DNA of 64,000 bases from Eledone cirrhosa (lineage: Eukaryota): the NCBI GenBank assembly GCA_964016885.1, contig OZ024740.1, forward strand, positions 270,258,001 through 270,322,000, in the 5' to 3' direction. The translations under genes and the position numbers were made by a program. How positions within the stretch are numbered: the first letter of the stretch is position 1; every line of letters starts with the position of its first letter. The notes under the pieces are model-generated. The model was given only the letters and a program-made list of their open reading frames with translations. It was not told where the DNA came from and ran no database searches. Of the stretch, positions 23,457-36,984 are shown piece after piece.

Positions 23457-25409
23457 TTTTTAAGTAAAGTAATAATGAAGACTTAACAAGAGTGGTTAGT
23501 GTAATGACATATCCATATTCTTGCAGCTACATATATGTATATGTGGGTGCTACATGTCTTAGAGTAACCTGGGTGGTTAGTTCAATCTTGACAAGTTTAA
23601 TCTAGTTTAGTTTAACCCATGGTTTAGACAGACATCGAACACGTTTAGATATTTTGTGGAATGACTGAGAAACGAAAATTGAGAGGCGACGGTGAAATTG
23701 TTTACAAGGCGAATATCAAGGAGGTGTTGGGTGAAGCAACCTGACAACAGAGTTCCCCTCGGGTTGATGTAAAGGGCGGGCAACAATGGGTATTGGAGAC
23801 AGAAGATGAGATCAGCTAAAGTACAACTTAATTAATTCGAAGCGTGGAAAGTGTGACTAACGGTATGGGAGCCATGTTGGGACGTTGTTGGGGGAATTTA
23901 GATGTGGAGAAAAAGAACTGTTAACCAAGATGTCACGAGGGTTGCAGGTGCGCTTGAAAGAAAATCGAGATGGGGTAGAGTTGGAGGTTGGTGGAATTTG
24001 ATTAGTGTAGGTAGAATGCATGCATGATCTTATGACGAATGGGTAAAATTGAAGGAGTGCGAGGTAAGAGAAATGAGGGTCTCTATTGTGTTAGCACCAT
24101 ATTGCTGTGTTTTGAAGCATGGTTTACCAATAAGCCGTATTTAGGAAGGTGTAGATACATTCTGGTTCTAATGAGCTTTTGGCATGGCCGCCATGGCAAT
24201 CCTTTCCCTAGATAGCATTTTGATGTTTTAGCAGTGATGTTATGTTTTATGGAAATATAGTACCTTACAAACATTTTTGGTGAGGTATGCAGGACATGAA
24301 CTATAACGCCTACACTAGGCTTTTGGAAGACGTTCTTAACTCCTCTATTGATAAGGTTTTTAGAGGTTATCTTCTATTCTGGAACAGTGAATGAGTATCC
24401 TTCTATGAAAAATGTGATATATCTATTTCAGGTCCAGAAGATGATAATCTTTCTCTGAAAACTGTTAATATCCACAAGCTTGCGGGATATGTTTCCAAGC
24501 ATTATTTTTCGTTGGTATCATGAATGCTTATCCTGCAATATTTTTGTTGTTGTTTTTTAAGTAGGATAGTCCAGCTAACTTTGGGAGGTAGAGCATATTT
24601 ATAGACTGAGTATTTGTTCAAGTGGTCTTTGCATTCTTTCAATATGCTATTGTCAGAACTTTAAATGAAAACTGGGAAAATACAGGAATTGAATTAATGA
24701 GAAACGCCTTTTCTTATATTTGAAGAAAAATTTCGAAAGAGACATTAACAATTTTGAGATGTATTACAATTTCTGTGATTTATTAAAATGTTCTAAGCGC
24801 AATTGTGTTGTAAGCATTCTGAATGGGTTGAAAGCTGCTATTATTTATTGGTAAAGTTTTCTTTCACTGACAGTCTTACTGCAGTTTTCGATTAGCAATA
24901 AAATTAAATACTTGATTTGAAATGTGTTAGTCCTGTAAAAAGACATACATGATACCATGCCTGTACAGCAAAATTAATATCGATCTGAAGATAAAAGAAT
25001 CTGCTAAGGAGAACACAATTGATAAATATAAAATCAAGAAAGAAGAACGTAGTCCAACTTTTACAAAGCGTTTTCTAAAACGTTTTGAAGGCAGATAACT
25101 TGAATGAATAAGAATATTTTTAAGGAGAAACCAAATTGAAATTTATAGGTCGGGATTTCGATTCTCGTTTGTAGACAGTTATCTTAAACCTTCTGCTGAG
25201 AGACAGATGCGTAAAGCTATATCTAGATCTATTTGAAGAAATATAAACATCTATAGTAGAAAATATAGAATTACAATTATACATCTAATCTGATTGAATT
25301 CGCTATATGTTTATATAAAGTTAAACAAGGTTGATCGAAATGCAACTTCTCTAAGTGTGAGTCAAATTTGATTCGATTGAATTTTCATTTTGATTTAGCG
25401 ATTTTGTTT

Positions 25410-25740
25410 CAATACCGTGGGCGCTTTGGTCAATCAATTGGAGCGGTTTTATTTATCGATGACCTGCTCAGTTTACTGTTAGTGAGATGATTCGAAGTTA
25501 TATTTGTATCTGCACGAACAGGAAAGGTCAGTCAAGTCCCAGGATATGCACTCCTCTGCGTTACGGACAACAATGCCTGGTTTTGTGGTCGAAGCGACAA
25601 CGTTGGAGGCTAAGACTGTGTCGCAGCACGTGGCATACCAGATTAGAGATTTACCCCTCACGAACGGGAAAACTGTTATCCTGTCTGGGCACTTATTCTC
25701 GACGGGGTTGAAACCAGCAAACTCCAAGTGTGATGAGAAA
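25410..25740 (-). pseudogene. CRE-like RLE endonuclease fragment
   Basis: PDRITVFPFVRGKSLIWYATCCDT.LASNVVAS..KPG....NAEE resembles the PDG..P...GK.L.WD.TC.DT motif of CRE elements. Confidence 0.7.
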
Positions 25741-26559
25741 CTGGTAAACAAAATGTAACGTTTATACATCAAATGTAAAGTCGAACTAATAACGGTAAAA
25801 CGAATAAAGAAGAGCGTAGGTCACTTTTTGCACAACATTTTGCAGAAGTGTTGTTTTAAATTTTAGAATTTTTTAATTGATTTTCTATCACAGGCTTTTA
25901 TTTGATTGTATTGTGAGGAGGATTTTGTGCTCTGCCGCTTCTAGAATTCTAGAATGAGGGTTCCCTTATATTAAAAAACAAAACAAATATTGTTTCACGA
26001 ATTATAGCCCAGATCTACTGGGTAAGAAAAAAGTAAAGGAAAAAGGTATAAAGAAAGAAGGATCAAGCAACGAAAGAAAGGTGGAGGAGGATGGGCAGTC
26101 ATTAAACCGCAGTCTGAGCGGTGGAACAGCTGCACCCCACGACAAAAGCGTTAGCACAGAGAATGATGAGAGACACCTACTGCAACAGCCACGTCACCTC
26201 ACGGGGTTCCCTCGCCAAGAGGCTGGGAACAGATGTGAAGCATGGGCTTATTCTCTTGAATGTTTAGCGGGAGTTGTCTGATTTACACACCTCATCCCTC
26301 AAACATTGGTTGGATTGTCCATATGCCTATACGTCCGTCCCTCGATTTAATATACATCCTGTTGATGATCCTTTTGATATGAAAGTTACTAGTGGTGATT
26401 ACAATCTTCCTAGTTTTGATATCCAGATTGTGGTCTCAAAAGCCTGGTATAATATCCCAAATGTAAGTGCTTTCACTAGCTCTTTAAAATCATTAAAATA
26501 ATGTTAAATGAAAAAGGCATGTTGATTCTGATCGAGACGAAGCGAGAGTGTATTTGAAT

Positions 26560-26935
26560 ACATATAACAATGAGAAACTTCATCGCTAGAACAGCCGTTA
26601 TAACAGCTCAATGCTGACGTGCGAGGCTGTTTTACTGGTTTAAGAGCTGATGAGGGTGAAGATGCATGTGTGTAAACTTTTCTTCTACACCACCTTTCTT
26701 TATTTCCTTCTTCCAGTCACTTCTATGTTCTCACATATTTCTCCTTGTCCTCTTCCTCTTTCAATATTTTCTATACTTCATCTACCTGTCACCCACTTTA
26801 TGGATTGTCTCTCCTTTGACCACTGGCTGCTGGTCTCAGTCCTCTAAGACATTTTGCCCATCGCTGTCTTTGACAGCATTTAGCTGTTTTAACGGTTGTT
26901 CTAGTGATGAGCTTTTTTCATTTTTATATGTATTA
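26560..26935. repeat. Old inverted-repeat element (arms about 26560-26617 and 26872-26935)
   Basis: CATCGCTAGAACAGCCGTTATAACAGCTCAATGCTG versus CAGCATTTAGCTGTTTTAACGGTTGTTCTAGTGATG. Confidence 0.6.
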
Positions 26936-27199
26936 ACGTAATGGTTTATTTGAAAGCAGAAAAACTTTAATTTCCGCACTTTTTTTAGGCTTGCTTAGCT
27001 ATTAGTTACTCTGACTTTCATCACAGTACCACTGTATGAAACATTAACACTAAGATCTTTTAAAAGGTGCTTCTTTGCATTTTTTCAAAGAGAATGACCA
27101 TATTTTCCAGGTTTGTATTAATGGCAAAAGTTATAAGGAATAATATTCATTATCCGGAAGAATAAACCGTATTCTAATCTAACGTGACTGTATTAAAGG

Positions 27200-27347
27200 C
27201 TATGTATGTATGCTCACACACACACACACACACATGCACACACACACACACACACACACATACACACACACATATATATATATATATATGCACACATGCA
27301 CACACACACACGTGTTTGTATGTATGTATGCATGTGTGTATGCAGGC

Positions 27348-27380
<33 letters not shown>

Positions 27381-27560
27381 TGTATGTATGTACGCATGTA
27401 TGCATGTACGTATGCATGTGTGTTAGTGTGTGTGTATGTAGGTATGAATGTATAAGCATATGTTTCTATATATATATATATATACATGTCCAGGTTCATA
27501 TATGTCAGTATGTGAGGGAGAGTGTGTGCGTGCATGTGTGTGATTGCGCGCAGGTATGTA
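27200..27560. repeat. (CA)n/(TA)n/(TATG)n compound microsatellite
   Basis: Direct reading. Confidence 0.9.
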
Positions 27561-28039
27561 CATGTACATATGAGTGTGATTATGTACATATAAGTGTGAG
27601 TAAATGCTACTTACGTGACAAGATGTCGATTAATGGTCGTATGTATTTAACATCACTTCCGTCACTAATGTCCATGGGATAAGTAAAAACACCATAACTC
27701 TCAACTGTGCTGTGAACGGAGACAATAGAATGAATTATTTATGGGTGAATACAGCTTATCTCGAATGGTTAGATTGAAACCACACAGAGATATGGTGTAA
27801 CTGTTCAGTTTATTATACATATAAGTGTAGGGACGGCTACTATTAATGCAAACATACAAACGCTTATATTTCCACATAAAGAATGTCTATAGGCATGTAG
27901 GGTGGGGGGCGAGTTTGTGTGTGCGCTTGGTGTGTGTGAGTATGTATGCATGTGAGTGTATGTATTATGTGCAGGACAACATGTGTACATGAATATTTGA
28001 ATGCACAAATTACATAACTATATACATATGAATACATTT

Positions 28040-28340
<301 letters not shown>

Positions 28341-29211
28341 GCGGGGTGTAAATAAACCTGTGGGTGTACAGTAATACCATTCCATGATTTTGCATGATAA
28401 TATATTCCATCTGATATCTTGTGTTCTATGGCATACTCCCCCACAAGAACTGTTCGTTGTTTTGCACGTAAACCTTTCACAAAGATATAAACATATCGAT
28501 TACTGTTTACATATGTTATGGAATTCCATCGATTTCAGCGATTTGTTTTCCAGTTTGTCGATCAACAAAACAGCCTGCTTATGAAATTAACATATATAAA
28601 TGGCCGAACACTTCATAAACAGATGTACCATTAATTTGGAAGATTCAGCATGACACAGGGTGCGACAAGGATCGTCTTTTGAAGAAGTGGCTTACTAACA
28701 GTTTCTATCTATCCAATTTTACTCACAATGCATGGTTTACTCTATGTCTACACCATGCCTATATTCTTCTTCTTCTTCTTCTCCTTCTTCTTCTTCTTGA
28801 GTGGGTGACATATGAAGTTACATTGTTCCGTATGTTATATGCACTGTTTTACAACGTTACATATTGAACATTTGTTGCTGTTTTATAGATAAAAGAATCT
28901 TTATGAGATGGTTAATTTTCTCTTCTTGTAGACTTTAGGGGCTAAAGCTGTGTTACTTTTCCATACATGCCTCTTAATAGCTTTTCAAAAATAACATGGC
29001 GGACAACAAATTTTCTTACATAAGACTATTTATTTATAAAGCAATGACAAAAGTGATAACAACTCTGCATAGGTAAAATATAATATAAATTCTCATAATT
29101 AAAAAGCTTTAACACCACCGTCACCATAAAAAATTACAAAGTGAATCGAACACAACAAAAAACAACACTACCATAAACACTGTCCCCACCACTACCTCCA
29201 CCAAGACCATG

Positions 29212-30055
29212 TTAGCGTTCTATAAGTGGTGGGCATGTGCGAAGACGTTCTAGGGAGGCTCTAGACTTCGACATGAATGAACTAGCCAGTTTGTTCCGGA
29301 AGACATTCGAGTCGGGGACTTTGAACAATTTCCAGAAATCCCTAGCCTGGCAGTGCTACCGGAAAGCTCTGCCGGTTCGAGACAAACTCTATGTACGCGG
29401 AAATGCTGTCAGACTAAGCTGCCCAAAATGCACAGAGAGCGACGAAACGGTCTTTATTCACAGGTCCAGTGCCTGGGTATTGCTGACTTGTGAAGTTTTG
29501 TCAAACAACTAATGCCGTGTATAGGACAGGTCCGGCTATCGGCCGACTCCATTGTGAAAAAAGTTTATGAAAGATATTCTTTTAGCCGGAAAGGTCTGGT
29601 AGTTTTCCTGTCTGGTGGCTGTAGCAAAAGAGGTTATGTTGTGACGCGGCTGAAAGAAGTGAAGATAGACATTTTCCCTTTCGGTCAAGCCCTCGTTGAT
29701 CTTGTCAATTTCCACTTACAATGGAAGGTGGGGTGGAAATGGAAATGTTGCCCCAGTAGATTTGTTCAAATGATGTCCCTAGTGTATTCTGAACATGCGT
29801 CTGTGAACTGTAGATTTTCGAGAGGAGTGGTGCACTTTCCAATAGAGCTATTGGCGATTATGGTGGGTTAGGACCTGTGGGGTTCTTAAGTTATTCCTGG
29901 GTGATACTCCCTTTATTGGGGAATTTTTATTGTTATAAATTTTAGTTTATTGTTATCTGTTATGCTTGTTTACACGCTTCCATTTTTTTAAATCCCAACT
30001 GTCCCTGTCTTTTGTGTTGCCCTACATGTTTTGACCCTTGCGGCCAATAAAGAAA

Positions 30056-30088
<33 letters not shown>
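29212..30088 (+). mobile_element. Tx1-type LINE 3' fragment with (ATT)n tail
   Basis: NFQKSLAWQCYRKALPVRDKL..CPKC matches 34610-34730; the 3'UTR ends AATAAAGAAATTGTT(ATT)n. Confidence 0.85.
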
Positions 30089-30089
<1 letters not shown>

Positions 30090-30091
30090 GT

Positions 30092-30175
30092 GATCGATAA
30101 AATAAAGTACCAGTAATACACTGGGTAATTGCTGGCCTTGTGCCAAACATAGAAACAATTATTATTAGTATTATT
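30092..30175 (+). mobile_element. S1 SINE 3' fragment with (ATT)n tail
   Basis: TCGATAAAATAAAGTACCAG..GGCCTTGTGCCAAACATAGAAACAATT. Confidence 0.8.
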
Positions 30176-30380
30176 GAGTCTGAACGGACGTCTTTTTGCT
30201 CGCTCCCGTAAGTTCACTTATTTACCTATCAAAACTGATTTATTGCATTTTTTGTTGTTGTGTAAGGCATACAAGTCATTGGACCTTGCCCTGTGTAAGG
30301 GGAAAGAATAATATTTGGGCCTTTTGGCCCAAATATTTGAACTTTTTTACATTTTAACAAATTATCGAGAAAAAAAAAAC

Positions 30381-32360
30381 ATGTCTGAGCCACGCCCCCC
30401 AACGATATGTATGCTGTCGTGCGACAACGACGTAGAAGTTGAGAGGAGCACTACGGCGAAATTAACACAAATTGATAACACAAACACCGCCACAAACAAT
30501 GTAAACAAAGACACCAATGATACCAAGGAGAACTCTAATTTTGAAAAAAATAACAGTAACAGCGACAACGAAAAACAGATAACAAAAAAAAATGACAAAT
30601 ACAACAACAATATCAACACCACTAACATGAAAACAAGCAGCGACAACACCAACAGCAACAATACCAACTGCACCGAGAACAACGATGGCACCAAAGACAA
30701 CAATGATAACAGCGACAGTGATAACAACAACACCAACAGGAACAACAACAACACACCCCCAACGACAAAAAGAATAACACTTTCGCTGCGGCAGCAGCAG
30801 CAAAAAAGGGGCCATGCATCAACATGGACCTCTCAAACAAAGATGAAAAGTTGGCCCAGGCATGGAAGTTCATCAAGCAAGAGCAAACCTGGGCCAACTT
30901 AACTTAACTGTCCCGGTAGAAGCTATTGAGGCAGTGGAGCGCAGAACGGTGCATTATAGATGCATCTCAGCACAAATCAAAAGGTCAGCTTTAATCCCAC
31001 AAGAAGATGTCGAAGTCGCGCTGAGGTGCATCAGAGAATACATCGAATACATAGCGAGGAGCAGACAGTACGGCACCATTTCGGTGCTGTTCAATTCAGA
31101 AGCCCTCGCTATTAAACACGCTATGACTCCTTGCAAAACCAGCAAGGTCATAATGTACCCCTCAAACATGGGAAAAAGAACGGCTCGTCTCCGCATTCCC
31201 AGAATCCCACCAGGACTTGACATGTGGTGGCTTCTGGGATGTGTGGTTGTGGAGGGGACGGATACCGTCACGATAGAAGTGATCAGAAGGGCCAGAGAGG
31301 ACTGATCCGGGGTTGACCTGGAGATCCTTCTGCAGATCAGGCCCGAGCGTGTGAAGACAATCCTGGACCACATCCGCCTTCAGAATGGGACGGTCATTCA
31401 TATTATGACCGAAGGCAAAAGGCCGCATTATTTTGATTGTGGGGAAAAAATCCATTTGCGAGCCTTCTGCCCTCAACTGCTGAAAGATGCAAGGGGTCGA
31501 AAGGCTCCAGGGCTGCCGACGCCGGGGCGAGGACCACAACCAACACCAGCACCGGCAAACTACCATCAACAACACCAATAGAAAGACCACCATCAACATT
31601 GACCACCCATGGGGGGAAACGAGGAAAGCTGTCAAATCCCCCCCCCCCACAAAAAAATACACACACCAATAAAACCATAAACTCACACACAGACACACTT
31701 ACAGACACAGACCCCTCATCTACTAGTAGTGAAGATGAGGGAAAACCCAAATCCCCCAAAATACAAAAAAGGAAACACAAAAAGAAAAAAAAAATCAACA
31801 AAGCACAAAATCACCCACAATAGAAAACGCAGACACCACCCACGCAAACATCTCCTATAACACCAACATCAACACCACCATCACCATGACCAGAATCCCC
31901 CAAACGCAAACAACCTAAACAGACGCAAGAATAGATACACACACAACCATCTGAAACCACAGACACCGCCCTCACAACAATAGACACAACCGAAACAACA
32001 CCACCAAAACCATCACCACCACAGCCACGCAAACAAATAAAATCACACCAACAAAACATTCAAAACTTCGTGCTCGTCAGGAGGGCCAACAAGGAACTGA
32101 TGGCTCTCGTAGCACGAAGTAAAAATATACAAAAAGAGGGGGAAATTTTTAAATCGAGCACATTTCGCATACCGGAAGATTTGGTTCTGGTGCGAATGTC
32201 GCTCGATTTATACAAAGAAATACGAGACAACTTTCCTCGGGACGTGGGAACCCCGAACGTAAAGCCCACTTCAAGACTTTTAAAGGGGTTCCCAAAAGAA
32301 ATCCCACCAACTATGGAGGTCGAACCACCCGACCTTCACAAGAGCCCGGAAGGTAAGTAA
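30381..32360 (+). pseudogene. Tx1 ORF1 (gag-like, zinc knuckle), frameshifted
   Basis: Asn/Thr-rich N terminus; YFDCGEKIHLRAFCP (decayed CCHC; compare CFKCASTSHLKASCP in 63421-63873). Confidence 0.75.
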
Positions 32361-32391
32361 CGTTTCCTCTCTCTCTTTTTAACCTGCCAAC

Positions 32392-35083
32392 ATGGCCGTA
32401 TTAAGAGTAGGATGTTTAAATATTCTAGGCCTGGGATCGTCCTGGAAGCAGGGTCACCTGCTCAACGACCTCAGGTCTCTAGAAATGGATGTAATTGCCG
32501 TGAGCGAGACCAGGATTTCCGACACGCGCGCACTAGCCTCCATTTTCGACGACTATCAGATCTTTGAATCTGTTAGCCGGCTGGGAATGGGAGGCGGGGT
32601 GGCAGTGCTGTTTAGGAAAGGCCTGGATCTCGAGGTAAGGTCGATCTTCCGGGACCCAGACGGGAAGTTGGTGGTCCTGGACCAATAACGAAGGTGGTGC
32701 CTTTAGACTGGTGGGCGTCTATGCCCCTACTGGGGCAGGACGGCGGGACTTCTTTAGACGCCTGGAAGCCTTTCTGGGTACGTCTCACCCTTTAGTGTAA
32801 GCGGGGGACTGGAACGGCATCTTAGACGCACGCTGGGACTGTGTGGGAGTATCCGATTAGAGCGGGGGGTGCAAAAGCCTCAAGAACCTGATCAGCCAGT
32901 TCCAACTGTCTGACAGGTATCGACTAGATTTCCCTAATGCGCCAGTGTGGACCTGGACTACATTTTGCTCGGTTGTTCGGGGGAAGTGGCAGGTCAGAGA
33001 CGGTGGCCGACTTCAGTCCCTACCTCGATGGCTCGCAGCAACTCTCGGCGGCTGACGCTGGGCGCTGCGAAAGGCCAATTACTTCAGCTGAGATTCAGGA
33101 TGTCCTTCTCGGCTGCATGAGGCGCAAGTCACCCGGTTTGGATGGTCTGCCCTACGAGTTTTACGTAAATATGCCAGACTTGTTCTCCGATCTCCTCGAA
33201 GGCCTCTACTGCAACTGGCAGCAAAACGGGAGTATTCCCAGTTCTGTGAGCCGGGGCGTAGTGACGCTGATAAGGAAAGACGATTTCAGGCCCATAACTC
33301 TTCTCAACACAGAGTTTAAGATTTTGGCCAGGGTGTTAGCGAAGAGGTTGGCGCTTGTAGTCGGGGATTTGGTTTGGGAGGCGCAAACTTGCGCAATCCC
33401 AACCAGGTCCATACGCGACAACCTCCACCTAATGCGATACATCATAGAGAGGGTGGGGTGTAAACCTGGCTTCGGTGGGGCTCTGATCAATTTAGATCAA
33501 TCGAAAGCATTCGATAGAGTCGACCATCGGTACCTGGAGGCTGTCCTCAAGGCGGCTGGCTTCGGCCTCGTCTTAAGAAGCTGGATCGCTGCAATGCACA
33601 GCGGCACCTGCTCGATGGTCAAAATTAATGGCCACCTCTCGGAATCGTTTCAGGTCTCCCGATCGGTCCGTCAAGGGTGCCCTCTCTCCTCCCTTCTGTA
33701 CATATTGACTCTCGAGCTTTTACTGCGGAAGCTGGAGCTGTTGCAGGGCATCCCGCTCGAACCGGGACGCGGAAAGGCTGTGTCGGCTTATGCGGCGACA
33801 TCACCGTGAAGGTGTCGGACACCTCAGAAATCGAGGTGGTCGGCAACTTATTGGAGGAATATGAAAGGTTGACGGGAGCAAAACTTAACCCGGAAAAGTC
33901 GGTGGGCTTGCAACTCGGCAGCTGGAGAGGCAAGTCCATTCCGTCCAACAGCGTCGTTAGGCGCTGGACGGACGGACCGGTAAAGTTGCTCGGGGTTTGG
34001 TCGAGCCAGACCTCCAGGTAGATAAGAATTGGGACGAGGTGACGGGCAGGGTAGCCAGTCTCACCCAGAAATGAGCTGGGATGAAGCTATCACTGGAAGG
34101 TCTGTCGGAGGTGGCGAACGCGTACATCGCGTCCGTCATCTATTACCGTCTGACCGTTGTCCGTTTCCCCCGTTCGCGCCTCGCCTTCTTGGAGCGGCTC
34201 CTCTTCAAATTATTTTGGGTGGGTCAGGTTCCGCTGGTGAGGCGTCCATCCGCTGCCAGCACCCTCTACGTGGAGGGCTGGGCATGCCGTGGCTGATGAT
34301 GCGCAGGCACGCACTGAGGCTGCGGCATCTCTAGATATTCTGCCTAAACGGTGAACAGGTGTGGTCGCTGTTTGTCAGACGGGCCTTTCCGCAGCTCGTT
34401 TCTTTGACTGAGATGCAGTCTTGGGTCAAGAAGAGACCGAGACTGGGTGACTGGCATCTGGCGGGCAATGCGGTCAGTGGAACTTCCACTCTCGAGTTCT
34501 ATAGAGGATTAGTGGTGGGAAAGTGCGACGACGCACTCGGAGAGGCTCTGGGAGTCAATGAAGTCGAACTAACCAGTCTGTACTGGAGGACTTTCGAGCC
34601 GGGGACGATGGATAATTTCCAAAATTCCCTCGCTTGGCAGTGCTACCGGGGGGCACTGCCGGTTCGAGATAAACTCTACAGGTACAGAAGTGCTGTCAGA
34701 CGGGCGTACCCGAGATGCGCGCAGAGCGACGAAACTTGTGGAGTTATGTTGGACAGCTGCTGTCGCGTGTAGAACGGATCCGGCTATCGGCCGAATCCAT
34801 AGTGAAAATCGACCCGCCGCCTTCTTTTAGCCAGGAAGCGCAGGCAATTTTCCTCTGTCTTGTGGCAGTAGCGAATGAGGTTGTATGGTGGACGAGGTTG
34901 AAAGGACTGAAGACAGACACTTTTCTCTTCGGCCAATCCCTCATCAACTTTTTCAAGTTTCACTTGGAAAGGAAGGTGAGGGAGGAGAGATAAGTGTTGC
35001 CCCCCAGTACATTTGCTGAAAGGTGGGTGAATGTGGCGTGAATGGCCCGTGTGAATGGGCCTACTCTGGTCATGCAGCTGTAG
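32392..35083 (+). pseudogene. Tx1 ORF2: AP endonuclease + reverse transcriptase, disrupted
   Basis: GCLNILGL, VSETRI, GGGVAVLF, KSPGLDGLPYEFY, FRPITLLNTEFKILA, LDQSKAFDRVDH, SVRQGCPLSSLLY, GGLGMP. Confidence 0.92.
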
Positions 35084-35327
35084 GTAGGTAAATTTGAGGA
35101 GGTAGGGGTGCCCTTCCAGGGTGCTCTCGAAGCGTTGGGTCGTTCAGGATTGGCGGGGTACCTGAGCGAACCCTGGGTGGTCATCCCCCCTATTGGGGAA
35201 TTTTTTGTTGTTGTAATTTTATTGTTACTTTGTTATTGTTATTCATATTGTTTACTCGATTTTTCTGTAAAACCCCACTGTCCCAGTCTTTTGTATTGTC
35301 CCCTATATGTCGGCCCTTGTGGACAAT

Positions 35328-35782
35328 ATTGGCAGTATCGGTAGAGGGTCGGACACCATGCTTTCCAGCATAGTTACGTCCCTTTACGATCTGAGTTTAA
35401 ATCCCGCCGAGGTTGACTTTGCCTTTCATCCTTACGGGGTCGATAAAATAAAGTCCCAGTAATACACTGAGTAATTGCTGGCCTTGTGCCTAAAAGTAGA
35501 AACAATTATTATTAGTAGTAGTATTATTATTAGTAGTAGTAGTAGTAGTAGTAGTAGTGAGGGCGGCGGATTGGCAGTATCGGTATAGAGTCGGACACCA
35601 TGCGTTGCAGCATAGAGTTACGTCCCTTTACGGTCTGAGTTCAAATCCTGCCAAGGTTAACTTTGCTTTTCATCCTTATGGGGCCGATAAAATAAAGCAC
35701 CAGTTACGTACCGGGGTCGATTTAATGGACTTTCCCCTTCCCCCAAATTTCTGGCCTTGTGCCTATAGTAGAAATCATTATT
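35328..35782 (+). mobile_element. Two S1 SINEs (35328-35512 and 35560-35782) with ATT/AGT tails
   Basis: Match to the S1 consensus. Confidence 0.9.
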
Positions 35783-36235
35783 AGTAGTATTGGTGGTGGT
35801 GCTGATGGTGGTAGTGTTGGTGGTGGTGGCAGCAGCAGCAGTAGCAGTAGTAGTAGTAGTATAGTAGTAGTTGTTGTTCCATAAATATATCTTTGCGCTC
35901 TTTGATGCTTAATCATTTTAAGGAGTCATTCACCATATAGATTAATTATATTTAATTTATATTTACAAAAATTAAATGTAATGATATTGAATTATTTTTA
36001 ATTATTATTTAAAGCTATTTCGTCTTCAGATCTCAAGATGTTCAGCGAATTATAGTTGAAATAATTTGTATCAAATAGAACTATCATAAGAGTATCAACT
36101 TTAAAATATTTAGTCTATAGAAGGGCTAATAGCATTTAATTTTGTCTCCACGTTCTAACTTTATATCCGTATGATTAAAAGAATTATTTTAAGATTTTGT
36201 GGTTCCAAGTTCAGTCCCACTAAGCTGAATTAAAT

Positions 36236-36740
36236 AATTCTTTCTATTTTGGCACAAGGCCAGAAATTATCTCAGTGCATTACTGATGCTTTATTTTACC
36301 GACCCCGTAAGGATAAAAGGCAAAGTTAACCTCGGCAGCATTTGAACTCAGACCGTAAAGGTGTGTATCTCTATGCTGCAAAGCATAGTGTCCGACCCTC
36401 TACCGATGCTGCCAATTCAATGAATTAAATAATTTGTTCTACCTTTACCACAAGGCCAGTAATTAACCTAGTGTATTACTGGTGTTATATTTTATCGACA
36501 CCGTAATGATGAAATGCAAAGTTGACCTCGGCTGGATTTGAACTTAGAATGTAAAGGACCGTGGTGTCTGACGCTGCACCAATACTGCCAATCCACATCA
36601 CTGAATTAAATAATTGTTTCTACTTTTGGCACAAGGGCAGCAAATGCCCAGTTCATTACTGGTACTTTATTTTATCTACCCCGTAAGGATGAAAGGCAAA
36701 GTTAACCTCGGCGGGATTTGAACTCAGACCGTAAAGAGCC
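36236..36740 (-). mobile_element. Array of three S1 SINEs
   Basis: Spacer TGAATTAAATAATT precedes each copy. Confidence 0.88.
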
Positions 36741-36984
36741 TGCTTAAGCAACAATGTTATATCAGAAAATGAGTGGAAGTGTTATACCTGTTTTTTTTAT
36801 GAATGTATGGTCCGATAGCAGCTGATGGAGTCGTAGAGACACCGTAGTGATATATGGAACATATTGCGTCTTTTAAACCTCGCTGAACACATCATTCTCC
36901 ATGACTGAACATGATTTCTCCCAGAATAGAAGAGTAATAAAGACATGAGGAAGAGATATAGAGAATGAATTGATCCCCAAAAAT

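Larger units (their letters stand above)
30176..35327 (+). mobile_element. Near full-length, decayed Tx1-type LINE
   Basis: 5'UTR, ORF1, ORF2 (APE-RT-zinc region) and 3'UTR in order; frameshifts, stops and an internal deletion near 32960. Confidence 0.92.

Noticed and set aside
23640-24660. Possible ancient PLE remnant; likewise a possible LINE remnant at 39400-40850
   Set aside because: Only vague motif resemblance by eye; a translated HMM search is needed.
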